NCBI GenBank assembly: GCA_965218425.1
Contig: OZ244621.1
Location: forward strand, 2,208,001 to 2,272,000
DNA length: 64,000 bases
Direction: 5' to 3'
Source of the DNA: an uncultured Candidatus Binatia bacterium
Lineage (GTDB): Bacteria; Desulfobacterota; Binatia; UBA9968; CAXXLF01
The first letter of the stretch is position 1. Every line of letters begins with the position of its first letter. Shown in pieces: positions 31,333 to 41,767 of this stretch. The notes under the pieces are model-generated. The model did not search any database. It was not told the DNA's origin and saw nothing but the letters and a program-made list of their open reading frames with translations. The position numbers and the translations under genes are program-made.

Positions 31333-31777
31333 TCCATGGCCCGAACATCTGCCGAGCCTTGCTTCTCAAAATCACCGCATAACAAGCCCCCCTGCAAACC
31401 GCTACAATGGTATCGCTTGGGCCGCCGGTTCCAGCGCTCGCTGGTGGTGGCCGTCGGCGAAGGGGTTCTGGCCCCGGGGCGTCCCCAGAGCGGAAACTCT
31501 GTCCGCGTTCTTGGCCGCGTTCAGAACGCTTGGATATAAGGAATGCCGGGACGGCGCGTTGGAGGAAGAGTGCGAAAAGGTGGCGCTGTTCGCCGGAAAA
31601 GACCTCAAGCCCACACATGCGGCGAGGCAACTGCGCGATGGACGGTGGACCAGCAAGCTCGGCCCCTTGGAACAGATTGAGCATGTGAAGGTAGAGGACG
31701 TGAGCGGACCGAGTTACGGAAACCCGGTTCGGTTTATGCGGCGCGCCGGCGGCCCGACGGGCGAAACAAGCAGGTAA
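31322..31777 (+). CDS. DUF7689-like protein (putative papain-like fold)
   Basis: TSP..YNGIAWAAG, WWWP, EKVALF, PTHAARQL, WTSKLG; overlaps the upstream gene. Confidence 0.65.
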   Translation: MSGSPWPEHLPSLASQNHRITSPPANRYNGIAWAAGSSARWWWPSAKGFWPRGVPRAETLSAFLAAFRTLGYKECRDGALEEECEKVALFAGKDLKPTHAARQLRDGRWTSKLGPLEQIEHVKVEDVSGPSYGNPVRFMRRAGGPTGETSR

Positions 31778-31783
31778 GCGAAC

Positions 31784-32263
31784 GTGGCCTTGAACAAGAC
31801 CCTGTATCTGGCCAACCCCTATGGCTTCTCCGCGCAGCAGCGCGAAGGGCCGCTGACGGCGCTCGCGGCGGCCCTGGCGGCCATGGGCGCGGAGGTATGG
31901 GAGCCGTTCGCCCGCAACAACCAGATCGACCGGGCGAGCTCCGGCTGGGCCTACCGGATCGGGCAGGCCGACCTTCGCGACGTGCGCGGCGCGGACGGGC
32001 TGTTCGCCGTGGTCAACGGCTGCCCTCCGGACGAGGGGGTGATGGTGGAGCTCGGCATGGCCATCGCATGGGGGAAGCCCGTGTTCCTGTTCCGGGACGA
32101 CTTCCGCCGCTGCACCGACAGCGAGGCCTATCCGCTGAACCTGATGGTGTTCACCGGCCTGCCGGAGGCGGGCTGGAAGGATTACTGGTACGGATCAGTG
32201 GAGGAGATCGCCGATCCCGGCAAGGCCCTCGCGCGGTGGCTGAAGGACCCCGCGCCGGCCTGA
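31784..32263 (+). CDS. Nucleoside 2-deoxyribosyltransferase-family protein
   Basis: LYLANPYGFS, D..DV, PPDEGVMVELGMA, NLM. Confidence 0.8.
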   Translation: MALNKTLYLANPYGFSAQQREGPLTALAAALAAMGAEVWEPFARNNQIDRASSGWAYRIGQADLRDVRGADGLFAVVNGCPPDEGVMVELGMAIAWGKPVFLFRDDFRRCTDSEAYPLNLMVFTGLPEAGWKDYWYGSVEEIADPGKALARWLKDPAPA

Positions 32264-32314
32264 GCCCGGCGCCTGATTGCCGGCGGGGAAGCGTCGAAAG
32301 CGTCCCGATGTCCG

Positions 32315-33103
32315 CTACCCGCCGAACCGCCGGATGATCCCCAGGCGCACGATGCCCAGCTTGTTATCGATGTCGTAAGGGCACGCCCTTCGCGGCATCC
32401 CCGGCCCGCAGGAATTGTTGCCGGAGCGGTTCACGTAATGGGTGCTCCGCCCGAAGTCCAGGTACGAGCCCTCCAGCCGCACCGTCCAGCCGTCTGCCAG
32501 CGGAGCCTCTACGCCGAGGCCGATCACCCAGCCCACCTTCGTCGTGCCGTCGCGAAAGGAATCGTCGGGGTCTACCCGCGTCGTCATATTGGGGCCGAAA
32601 TCGATGTCGGTCACCGAATGATCGATCCGGGCGGCCGCCGGCCCGCCGGAGGCGAACAGCGTCGCGGGGCCCACGGACCGCTCGATCCCGGCGCGCGCCG
32701 TGGCGACCCATCGAAACTCCGATTTCACCGTCTCGTCCAATCCCACCGGATCGAGCCTGTCCGATGCCGCCGACAGGCCGCCGAACGTGCCGTCGAGCTC
32801 GACCCTGAGCGGCACGCCGCCGATCTCGAACTTCTTCCCGAGCAGCGCGCCGCCGACGAACCCCGAATCGTGGTAGTCCACGGCCGAGCCGGGGTTGCCC
32901 CAGTTCGCGAAGCCGTCGACGTCGACGATCCGGTTGTCCGCTCCGCCAAAGCCGACGAATGCGCCCATGTATGCCCCGGTCCAATCGAATCCGGCATCGT
33001 CGCTCCCTGCTCCCGCGGGACCGGCGCCCGCCAGCATCAGCAGGACCGGCAGCGCAACGGCCGCGCGCCGCCACGTGGAGCCGCGTCTCGAGTTGTCTTT
33101 CAT
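32315..33103 (-). CDS. Outer-membrane beta-barrel protein (Omp25/Omp31-like)
   Basis: Signal peptide, DWTGAYMG, GWVIGLGVE, WTVRLEGSYLDFG. Confidence 0.8.
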   Translation of the reverse strand: MKDNSRRGSTWRRAAVALPVLLMLAGAGPAGAGSDDAGFDWTGAYMGAFVGFGGADNRIVDVDGFANWGNPGSAVDYHDSGFVGGALLGKKFEIGGVPLRVELDGTFGGLSAASDRLDPVGLDETVKSEFRWVATARAGIERSVGPATLFASGGPAAARIDHSVTDIDFGPNMTTRVDPDDSFRDGTTKVGWVIGLGVEAPLADGWTVRLEGSYLDFGRSTHYVNRSGNNSCGPGMPRRACPYDIDNKLGIVRLGIIRRFGG

Positions 33104-33497
33104 CGTGACCGCCTTTCCGTACCGATTGCCCGGCAAAGGCCGCAAGCGCGAATCATGCTTGAATCGATGTTCCTTTTCCTCCCGGCCGGCAGAGCCGGCA
33201 CGCCGGGGAACAGGCCATCATTATGTCACTGTGCCGTGTACGGTTGCAAATGCCCGGCTCGACCGCCCGGCGTGACTTTGTGCACGATCATCAAAGCGTA
33301 AATGTGCCGACGCACAAGGCAGAAACCGGAGGAGCTTTTGAAACCGGTCGCCTAAAAAACAATCCTTTGCGGTCCTGTTTTCAAGTGTAATTTAGGGGAA
33401 GGTCATTTGGGTTCCTTGGAAAAAAAAGGTATGGTAACAAACCTCATTTTATAGATAAAAGTGTAAATTTTGTCGATTAACTGGGTAGGTTCAGAAG

Positions 33498-34355
33498 ATG
33501 CTCGAATTGCAGTTCCCAAGATTGATTACAGTTGCAAATTCAAGAAGCATTCTCCAATGCTGTAATCGTGCTTTAAGGAGCCAGTCTGATGTGCTATTTG
33601 ATTTCTCAAAGACCGAGTTCCTTACTCCATTTGGGGTTACTGTTCTAGCAGGAACAATTTCAAAGTGCCTTGATGACAAGAAGGTCTATTACAGGAAACC
33701 GGCGAAGGATGAGACGGCAGAATGGTTGTCCAGTATAAGCTTTACACGGTTTTTTAAAGTAGATCGGATAGGGGCAAAGGCAAAGCGAACGGGCATACAG
33801 TTGCGCCAGCTTGATGCCCTTGAGCCCATTTTTATAGAGACTTTGCTTGAGCTTATTGATTCTAAGGTTAACCTGTCAAAAGGCGTGCACGATTCAATTC
33901 GAATGAGCGTGCAAGAGCTTCTCACAAATGCGTTTGATCATAGCAAGTCTGATATCGGGTGTTTTGTTTGTGCTCAGTTTACTCCACATTCCCAGTTAAT
34001 TAGGGTATCAGTAACAGACTTTGGAATTGGTATTCTAAGGTCTTTGAAGACAGCAAGAGACTACTCGAACCTAAAGACATCTCATGAGGCTATCACTCTT
34101 GCCGTTGAAGAGGGAGTTAGTAGCCGCAAAAAGAAAGCTGCAGGGCTTGGGCTGCCACACATAAGGCGATTTACAAGGGTAAACAAAGCTAGAATGACAG
34201 TTATATCCGGCGATGGCAAGGTGGTCTTTTATCCTAAGGACATTGAGCAGAAACCTGTGCCTATCAACTTTCCTGGAACAACCATCGAGTTAGCCATAAA
34301 CGCAGATAAGGAAGGACTTTATTTCCTTACTTCTGAGGAAAAATACCTCTTCTAA
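33498..34355 (+). CDS. STAS-like + GHKL (HATPase_c) ATP-binding protein, anti-sigma kinase-like
   Basis: ELLTNAFDHS (N box), DFGIGI (G1), GLGL (G2), GTTI; N-terminal FDFSKTEFLTPFG. Confidence 0.75.
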   Translation: MLELQFPRLITVANSRSILQCCNRALRSQSDVLFDFSKTEFLTPFGVTVLAGTISKCLDDKKVYYRKPAKDETAEWLSSISFTRFFKVDRIGAKAKRTGIQLRQLDALEPIFIETLLELIDSKVNLSKGVHDSIRMSVQELLTNAFDHSKSDIGCFVCAQFTPHSQLIRVSVTDFGIGILRSLKTARDYSNLKTSHEAITLAVEEGVSSRKKKAAGLGLPHIRRFTRVNKARMTVISGDGKVVFYPKDIEQKPVPINFPGTTIELAINADKEGLYFLTSEEKYLF

Positions 34356-34379
34356 TTAGATTTCTTTGGGTAACCTACA

Positions 34380-34745
34380 ATGAGAACAACAGAAATTAAC
34401 ATTAAAAAAATATTAGGGAAGCAGACTGTTACCAGAGATGATGGAGAGGTTGTCTACGATAAAATAATCAAGTTATGGGGGCAATCTGGTCAAATCACAA
34501 TCAACTTTGCAAATCTTCTGATTGCCTCTGTATCTTTCCTAGATGAAGCATTCGGACACCTTGCGTTAGAGTATTCACCAAGAGATTTACAAAAGAAACT
34601 GAGATTTGTAAAAATAAACGACTACGACCGAGCCCTTTTAAATGATATTATCCTTTCACGGGTGCGAGAAAAGAGCCTTACTGGACAGACAGCGATAACT
34701 AAACGTAAGATTCGGCACTCTCGTCAAAAGGCAAGGAAACCATAA
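34380..34745 (+). CDS. DUF4325 STAS-like protein
   Basis: TRDDGE..., INFANLLIASVSFLDEAFG signature. Confidence 0.75.
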   Translation: MRTTEINIKKILGKQTVTRDDGEVVYDKIIKLWGQSGQITINFANLLIASVSFLDEAFGHLALEYSPRDLQKKLRFVKINDYDRALLNDIILSRVREKSLTGQTAITKRKIRHSRQKARKP

Positions 34746-35299
34746 TCTTCCCGGGAAGAAGCGGCCTCCAGATTTATTACCTCAGTGAAGCACGTAGGCC
34801 GTGACCTTTTGACCTGCACCCCTTTTTGTCCTCACCTATAAGTTAGTGGTGTTTCGTTGTGGTCCGCTCCGTACACGGTTGCAAATGCCCGGCTCGACTG
34901 CCCCGTGTGACTTAGTGCACGATCATCAAAGCGTAAATGTGCCGACAAAAACAATCGGTAGTGTCTCGGTTTGAAATTCAGCGTGGCCCGAGCTTGACGG
35001 TTGTCAACCGGTAATAGACGGGGTGTTCTCGGGTCACAAGGAGGACCTGGAAGTGAAAACTTCAACTGCCGGGAAGAACAACTATGAGTGTCCGGAGTGC
35101 GGTGACGATCTTACGCGAGACCGGAAGGGTCAAGGCTTTGTGAGACACAAGAGTAATCCAGACTGCGATTATGTATTTCCCTTATTTTTGTGCTACTTTG
35201 CCGAAACTTTAATTGAGCGACGGCACTGCTGGCCCGGTTTGCAGGCGGAACTGAACACTCGCTCCGGCTTAGTGCAAGGAGTCTTTTAAATCACTTGGC

Positions 35300-35505
35300 C
35301 GTAGGAGGGGTCGAAGGCAATCTCTTTCTCCGGGGGCCTCGATCCGGCGGGGCATGGGATTCCTCCCCCAGGCGCGGGTGATCGAGGATCTTTCCAATGA
35401 CGTCCCGCCGGTCAATGAAGCTGATGGTTCTCATTTCGCCGGAGCGCCCGGGTCGGACGTGAGGATCTGTTTCGCGCGCCTGTCCGATGAAGTAAGACCG
35501 GCGCC
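35300..35505 (-). mobile_element. Remnant of an IS91-like transposase C-terminus
   Basis: Reverse strand encodes GEMRTISFIDRRDVIGKILDH. Confidence 0.4.
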
Positions 35506-35519
35506 TCTTCAGTGACCGA

Positions 35520-36479
35520 TCAGAACTGATACTTCATGTTGAGGCTGACACCCCAGAATTGAATGTCATCCGTGCTCATTTTGTATAGAACCGGATCACC
35601 GGGGCGCATATTGGTGGATTCGTGGCTGCGAAGCTGATTCCACTCTTTCTCACCCTCGAATTCACCGAAATTCGCCCAGCGGAACTTGAGCCCGATGGTC
35701 ACCAGCTCACTGACCGGATAATCCACGCCCGCGATCACCTGGTAGCCGAACAGAGTATCCGAGAGCTTGGCGCTGCCGATGGTTGTCGTGCCGGCAAGTC
35801 TTCGGTTCAGGTCCGCGGCCGTGGCCTGGTCCGCAGGAGTGCCCACGCTTGTATTAAACGTCGCTATATCGGCGGGATCGCTCCTTCGCGCAAATCGACC
35901 GGAATAATCCAGTGACACCTGCGCGAACCCCACTCCAAACCCCGCGTACGGGATAAACTTCCAGTCCGAGCGGTAGTCGTAGTACAGGTTGACGAAGAAG
36001 TTGTTCGACAGCACGTCATCCACCCCGCCCTCGATTACGCTGAGTTCTTCCAGGACCTTGCGAGTGGTCTCCGGATCGCTGATGATCGTATCGGGGTCCG
36101 TGTCATCATAGGTCGTGCCGCGATAGAAATATTCCCCCTCGACCCTGAAGCCGCCCATGCGGTATCCCAGGGTCGCCCCCGCCAGGAGCCCGGCGCCTCC
36201 GCCGAAATCATGAAACCATGCCGTTGGAGAAGGAATTGCGGTACAGTCCTTAGGATCCGTTTTCCCGCCCGGGAGCTCGGTTGTCTGAAACCCGGTCGGG
36301 TTGACGTGCCTGTCGCACGGGGTGTCATAGTCATTATCCGTGCCGTCCATTTCCATTGATGGAGCCATCGCGACGCCCAGGTCCATCCCCGCGTACCATC
36401 CGTCCTTGGCCCATGCCGGGCCGGAGGAGACCGCTAACGCCGCCGCGAGTAAGAATATTTTTATCGAGAGTTTTTGCAT
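35520..36479 (-). CDS. Outer-membrane beta-barrel protein (Opa/Msp2-like), paralog 1
   Basis: Signal peptide AWA, DGWYAG, RVEGEYFYR, VNLYYD, PYAGFGVG, FGYQVIAG, C-terminal KYQF. Confidence 0.85.
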   Translation of the reverse strand: MQKLSIKIFLLAAALAVSSGPAWAKDGWYAGMDLGVAMAPSMEMDGTDNDYDTPCDRHVNPTGFQTTELPGGKTDPKDCTAIPSPTAWFHDFGGGAGLLAGATLGYRMGGFRVEGEYFYRGTTYDDTDPDTIISDPETTRKVLEELSVIEGGVDDVLSNNFFVNLYYDYRSDWKFIPYAGFGVGFAQVSLDYSGRFARRSDPADIATFNTSVGTPADQATAADLNRRLAGTTTIGSAKLSDTLFGYQVIAGVDYPVSELVTIGLKFRWANFGEFEGEKEWNQLRSHESTNMRPGDPVLYKMSTDDIQFWGVSLNMKYQF

Positions 36480-36924
36480 GATGTCGCCTTTCTTTCTTTT
36501 TTTCCTTGGAACGCCTCTTGTAAAGGATCGATGGAACAAGTTATCACTGGGCATTTTTTATTGTCAACCGGCACTGCCGGATCAGTGCCTATGGGACGGT
36601 CGGATCGAGACCGGCCCCGGACCGCGCCGCCGTCATCCCCTCGGCTTTTAGCAGGATCCGGCAATTTGTCAATCATGTGTATAGAGCCGCCGCGTATTGC
36701 GCTCTTGGGGTCTTTGCTCCATGAGAAACTGCGTGGGCGACTTCGACTCCGATCCCCGATAGGGCCGCATGATGGGCTCATTCACTGGAAAAGCGGTTAA
36801 GAAGACCGACAACAGCATTGATCATGAGAATCGGTCGTCAAGGGAGAAAATGTATTACATTGAATATTTTTGTATTTAATGCTATAGGAAGGCGGTCTTT
36901 TCGGCTACCGGTGAAAGGGGAGGG

Positions 36925-37629
36925 GTGACGGTGACCGGACGCCAAGCACAAACCGAAGATATTCGTGAACTACCCGCTTACTCGATTTCGGAGGCAGCGC
37001 ACTACCTTACTTTGCCTGCTGCGACTGTTCGCTATTGGTCGGTGGGCCAAGGCGGTCACGATCCACTCATTACGGTGCCCCAACCTTCACGACCATTGCT
37101 ACTTTCATTCCTCAACCTCTCAGAGCTTCACGTTCTCGCCGCCATTCGGCGCGAGCATGTTGTTACGATGCCAAAGGTTAGAAAGGCCATCCAGTACTTA
37201 GTGGAGAAAGTTCCAGTAGAAGGGGCTAATGGCAAACATCCGTTGCTCAATCACAATTTGGAGACAGATGGTTTGGACCTGTTCATCGAGCGGTATGGAC
37301 GATTAATCAATATTAATCGAGAGGGCCAAACTGCTATGCGAGAAATCATCAGTGCCGCCCTGAAGCGGATTGATCGTGACCTCAATGGTATACCCATTAA
37401 GCTCTATCCATTTACTAGGAATTCCATAGAAAACGCTCCGTCAGTTGTTGTCATAGACCCAACGATATCGGCTGGACGACCTGTTATCAACGGCACCGGA
37501 CTTACCACCCGGATTATTGCCGAGCGTTATAAGGCGGGTGATTCAGTCAAAACATTAGTGGCAGACTATGAACGCACTGACGCCGAAATCGAAGAAGCGC
37601 TTCGATGCGAGCTCCCACTCGCAGCGTAA
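36925..37629 (+). CDS. DUF433 antitoxin (VapB45-like)
   Basis: PAYSISEAAHYL, LSFLNLSELHVL, VVIDPTISAGRPVINGTG. Confidence 0.85.
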   Translation: MTVTGRQAQTEDIRELPAYSISEAAHYLTLPAATVRYWSVGQGGHDPLITVPQPSRPLLLSFLNLSELHVLAAIRREHVVTMPKVRKAIQYLVEKVPVEGANGKHPLLNHNLETDGLDLFIERYGRLININREGQTAMREIISAALKRIDRDLNGIPIKLYPFTRNSIENAPSVVVIDPTISAGRPVINGTGLTTRIIAERYKAGDSVKTLVADYERTDAEIEEALRCELPLAA

Positions 37630-37975
37630 AGAGCCCGTCCACCTGTTCTTGGATCGAAATCTCGGAAAACACATTATCGCCGAGGAACTCCGTTCGTTAG
37701 GGATGAAGGTTGAGGTACACGACGATCACCTTCCTCCGGATGCGCCGGACGAGGATTGGATCGCACTTGTTGGTAAAGAGGGCTGGGTTGCGCTCACTAA
37801 AGACAAGAACATCCGCCACCGAAGGGCCGAACTCGATTCCATTAGGAGGCATTCAGCACGAGTTATCGTAATTCAAGCAAAAAATGCAACGGGGTCGGAT
37901 ATTGCTGAACTGTTGGTCAAGTGAAGAAATCGGATTATCCGCTTCGCGGCAAAGACAGCCGCTCCAATAAACCCC
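37568..37975 (+). pseudogene. PIN-domain toxin (VapC45-like) with premature stop
   Basis: LFLDRNLG, PDEDWI, LTKDKNI; TGA at 37922 followed in frame by RNRIIRFAAKTAAP. Confidence 0.7.
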
Positions 37976-38003
37976 CCTCCTTGCCTCGAAGGGATAAATG
38001 CCG

Positions 38004-39452
38004 TCAGAACCGGTCGATCCGCTGCACCTGCATACCGACCTTGGCCGCGACGCATAGCTTGGTCAGGAGCGCGCTTGGGGTGATCTGGACCGGACCGAGG
38101 CTTGTTACATTTTGAACGCTGACGTTCATCTTGACGCCATGCTTGCCGAGATCGCCGGTGATCTTGTCGATCCGGGCCTGTGCCTCCCGCTCGCCGTTCG
38201 AAATTTGCTTCGACAAGTCCACCACCGCTTTTTGCTCGACCAGGCTTTCGATGGTTCTATCGTTGATCCATCCATAGACGTCCGTCGCCAGGAGGACCGG
38301 ATCGCTCGACGAGGCGGTTAGTTTGACTTGATGCACCGACACGGTTTTGCGGACGCCGTCCAGGCGGGGCATCGCCGTCATCCGGACGGTCTGGTTCTCA
38401 AGCGCATCGCTAAGCCGCCAATCCAGCCCCCAGCCGGAAAGCCGGCGATCGATCCACGCCAGAACCTTCCCCAATAAGCCGGTGGGCTGCACGGAAAACC
38501 GGGCCGTCACAAGCATTTTTCCGTCATCGGCGCCGCCCAGGGTGACGCGCTCAACGACCAATCTCCCCGAACCTTGTTCAATGACGATCGGCTTATCCCT
38601 CAACCGGTCGGCGATTGCTTTGTTCGCGGTCTTCCAATCGACCACGATCGGCAGTGCGATATTGAAGTGACCCGCAGGCGGATGGGGCGCCAGATCCAGG
38701 CTCGGCAAGCGCGTCCTGCCGGCCGACGGTTTCACGCCCGTCGCAAGAGCGGTATCTGCTTCGATACCGACGACAAGATCGACGCCGCGCTCGTCGATGC
38801 TTGGCTGCCCGGCGCTCACGCCTCTCGGACTCAGGCTCAGCCAAACCGGTGGTTGCCTGTTTACCTGGATCGGGCGATGGAGACCGGACCAGAATTTCGC
38901 CGCTTGATCCTCAATCAGCGTGCTACTCTCGAGATACTCGTTAAGGCGCCGGACTTCCTCGCTCACCGACTTGTCCAAGGGTATTTGAAGCAATCCACGC
39001 ACGCTATAGCGTATGGGTCCGATTTTTCCGGACGCCTTCGTCAGTTTGACCTTGGCGGCGCCGTTCGGCCGGACCCGCCAATCCGATGTGAGCCGCGGCC
39101 GCATGGACACCGTTACGTCCGCCTTGATCCGGTCAAGTGTTTCTTCGACCTTTCCCCATGGAGTCTTGACGTGCACGGTCACCGATGCGGCAAGCTGTGT
39201 TACCGCGTGCAGCGTATTTTGACTCGCTTTCAGTTCGATGGGCTGCCGGGCAACCGACCATTTGAGATAGCCTTCGTCGCCGCTCAGACTGAGCGGCACG
39301 ACTTCGTTCAGTCGGGCGGCTATCGCCTCCATCGGCACGTGGACGGGTAAAAGGATGCTGCTGTTCTTGCAGGCTCGATCAGGAACGGCAAGGGCGGGTG
39401 ACAACGGTAAAATCGCCAGGCCGATGCCGATTATCAGCCGGTTGCGCCGCAT
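38004..39452 (-). CDS. DUF4403-family exported protein
   Basis: Signal peptide; SSILLPVHV, PRLTSDWRV, FWSGLHRPIQV..PPVWL two-lobed pattern. Confidence 0.65.
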   Translation of the reverse strand: MRRNRLIIGIGLAILPLSPALAVPDRACKNSSILLPVHVPMEAIAARLNEVVPLSLSGDEGYLKWSVARQPIELKASQNTLHAVTQLAASVTVHVKTPWGKVEETLDRIKADVTVSMRPRLTSDWRVRPNGAAKVKLTKASGKIGPIRYSVRGLLQIPLDKSVSEEVRRLNEYLESSTLIEDQAAKFWSGLHRPIQVNRQPPVWLSLSPRGVSAGQPSIDERGVDLVVGIEADTALATGVKPSAGRTRLPSLDLAPHPPAGHFNIALPIVVDWKTANKAIADRLRDKPIVIEQGSGRLVVERVTLGGADDGKMLVTARFSVQPTGLLGKVLAWIDRRLSGWGLDWRLSDALENQTVRMTAMPRLDGVRKTVSVHQVKLTASSSDPVLLATDVYGWINDRTIESLVEQKAVVDLSKQISNGEREAQARIDKITGDLGKHGVKMNVSVQNVTSLGPVQITPSALLTKLCVAAKVGMQVQRIDRF

Positions 39453-40281
39453 CTCGTTCTTCCCCACGGTTGACATGAGCGCCGGGAGCGGCGGTCCGTA
39501 CTCGCTCCGCAAGCGAGTCGACGCCGACTCGACCGTAGCCGAACGGACCCCTGTCGCGCCGGTTCCGAGCGCTTCCCGATACTGAAGCCGCCGTCATAAG
39601 GCATCCGCCTATCACCGTGGCGCGCAATCTGCCTTTCAGACGAATGATCGCCGAACCGGTCAGCTCCAGGTTGTCGCCGCATTGAAGGACCGAAAGTCAT
39701 CCGTGTCGCCTCGTTGCGTCCTGCGGTCATGGCTCTTACCTCGCTGGATCTGGCCGTTTACGGTACCACAGCGCCCCTTGCCGGTCCAGATACTATGGCA
39801 GGCTTCTCGGATCGAAACCGTGGGGCCGCATGATGAGCTCATTCACTGAAATGCGATAAAAAAAGGACTTATATACTTTAGTATCCAAAATACTTTACAA
39901 AGAAGATGGCAAGGACTAGACAGATGGGATGCAGGCTAAGAGACACGGCAGGTTCTTACTCTCGGAGGCGGCCTTGCTGTGCGGTGGGATTGGAGTAGAG
40001 GCAATGTTTCCAACTGCTACGGCGGCAATATGGTTAAGCGTGGCCGGGTTAATGGCTCTTGTGGCATGGGTATGGCCTTAGGGAAATTGAGTTGAGGTTG
40101 AAGATAAGACTGACACAAACGGCAAAGGTCGATTTTGGGAATTCTTTGAAGACGTGTTTACAAAAGATGCGAAGTATATGATGGGCAATGTTTTGTCTGT
40201 TCTGCTACCGCTCGCACTATTCGTATTTTTGATGGGATTGATAAGATTTATGTTGGGATATTTGAAGGGGTAACGATGCGT

Positions 40282-40431
40282 TTACTTCTTGGGCGTCTTC
40301 CTGGCAAACCCATAGCCCTTAACCACCGATTTAACTAGCTGCTCTGGCGTTGTGGTAGAGAGAACGCGCAGATTCTCTTTATACTGAGCATCTTTCTTAA
40401 TGGCGGTCCGGGGCTTATCCTTTTGTTCCAT
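40282..40431 (-). CDS. Small basic protein (49 aa)
   Basis: RBS GGAGGGAG, MEQKDKPRTAIKKDAQYKENLRVLSTTTPEQLVKSVVKGYGFARKTPKK; below the ORF-track cut-off. Confidence 0.5.
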   Translation of the reverse strand: MEQKDKPRTAIKKDAQYKENLRVLSTTTPEQLVKSVVKGYGFARKTPKK

Positions 40432-40577
40432 GGCGACTCCCTCCCATTTTGTGTTGACAACCGTATCGATATTCCTTAGTCACGGTCAAGGAGGCGCCCT
40501 ATTGAGGGGGCTTGATTTTCTTGTGAGTTGTGGTAAGCAAAGGCGCTATACATCAATAGCCTCTTGTTAAGCTCCCC

Positions 40578-41267
40578 ATGGCATATAGAAACGCTCCCCT
40601 CGTGAAGGCTGCTTTCGAGGCCCGCTTCGCTGGCGATTTGTCCATCGAGACCAAAAGGGACCAGTTTCAGCGGATGTTAAAGCCTGAACTTCCTAATCTT
40701 TACGTCCCCAATGCAGTGCTTGGCGTGGCTAATGCCCTGCAGCACTATCAGTTCAGAAAAGAAGACAACTCGGCAACAGTGAGTTTAGCCGTTAACGGCT
40801 TCTTATACGCCACGTCGCGCTATCCAGGGTTCGACATCTTTAAGGAAGATCTGGAGATAGTATGGAAACACTTCTCGGATCTCTTTGATATCCCTGAGTT
40901 CACTAGACTGGGGCTTCGATATACTAATCATCTTCCCATAATTAGAGCGGAAGACGGCACTATACCGGTAACGAAATATGTTACGTCGGATCTGAATCCA
41001 ATAACCCGGGTGCCTACCGAAAAGACCTACGAGGTGGCCGTCTCCGTCACATGTGAGATGTCTGGTGGGCAACTCCGCCTTGCGATGCAAACCGAGAAAC
41101 GGGCAGGTGGCCTGGAGATTCTAGTGCTGGACTTGGACTTTTCTCGAACGGAGGCGATCAAGAGAGAAGAACGAGAGGAGTTTATACTATCCGCCCACGA
41201 AGAGATTGAAAAGGTTTTTTCTGATTTGATCTCGCAGGATTACAAAGAAATCATGAAGGGTGAATGA
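40578..41267 (+). CDS. TIGR04255-family protein
   Basis: YRNAPLVKAAFEARF, YPGF, RLGLRYTN, LDLD, AHEEIEKVF. Confidence 0.85.
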   Translation: MAYRNAPLVKAAFEARFAGDLSIETKRDQFQRMLKPELPNLYVPNAVLGVANALQHYQFRKEDNSATVSLAVNGFLYATSRYPGFDIFKEDLEIVWKHFSDLFDIPEFTRLGLRYTNHLPIIRAEDGTIPVTKYVTSDLNPITRVPTEKTYEVAVSVTCEMSGGQLRLAMQTEKRAGGLEILVLDLDFSRTEAIKREEREEFILSAHEEIEKVFSDLISQDYKEIMKGE

Positions 41268-41398
41268 TGAAAATGCTAACCGGCCCTATTCCGGTTAGAG
41301 ATCGAGCTTCGAATTCCACCGCATCTACGGATGCAGAGAGACCCATGATAGCTGCAACCACGATGATACCGACGCTTCGCTTCCAGACCTCCATGGGA

Positions 41399-41617
41399 TC
41401 AATTCTTCTGAGTTTCGGTGTGCAGCTTCAGGCGGGCGATCCCTTCGACCAAACCCTCAAACCGTGCCATGCGTTCACGCAGGTCTTCAACGTCCTCCCG
41501 TCCTGCGGCCACTTCGCTTTGAACCTCCGAGAGCCGACCGTTGAGATCCTTCAGGCCAAAGTGGATGAGCACCCCTAAAGCTACCCCTACCATGATGGCT
41601 ATTGTTGCTTGAATCAT
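41399..41617 (-). CDS. Small membrane-anchored coiled-coil protein
   Basis: N-terminal TM, LRERMARFEGLVEG. Confidence 0.55.
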   Translation of the reverse strand: MIQATIAIMVGVALGVLIHFGLKDLNGRLSEVQSEVAAGREDVEDLRERMARFEGLVEGIARLKLHTETQKN

Positions 41618-41767
41618 GCGGAAGTCGCTCCTCGAACGCTTGGCATATAGCGCAAACACTGGGACGTGTCAACAAACTTGTTGACCGGGGATGGGGATAT
41701 CCTATATTGCCGGTTAGTTTGGGCGCCTCAAGGTTTCTTGTGGGTTGCCGCACGATAGGAAGGTGAA

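Larger units (their letters stand above)
33240..34946. repeat. 72-bp direct repeats (33240-33311 and 34875-34946, 4 mismatches) flanking an AT-rich two-gene module
   Basis: acggttgcaaatgcccggctcgac...gtgcacgatcatcaaagcgtaaatgtgccgac seen twice. Confidence 0.9.
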
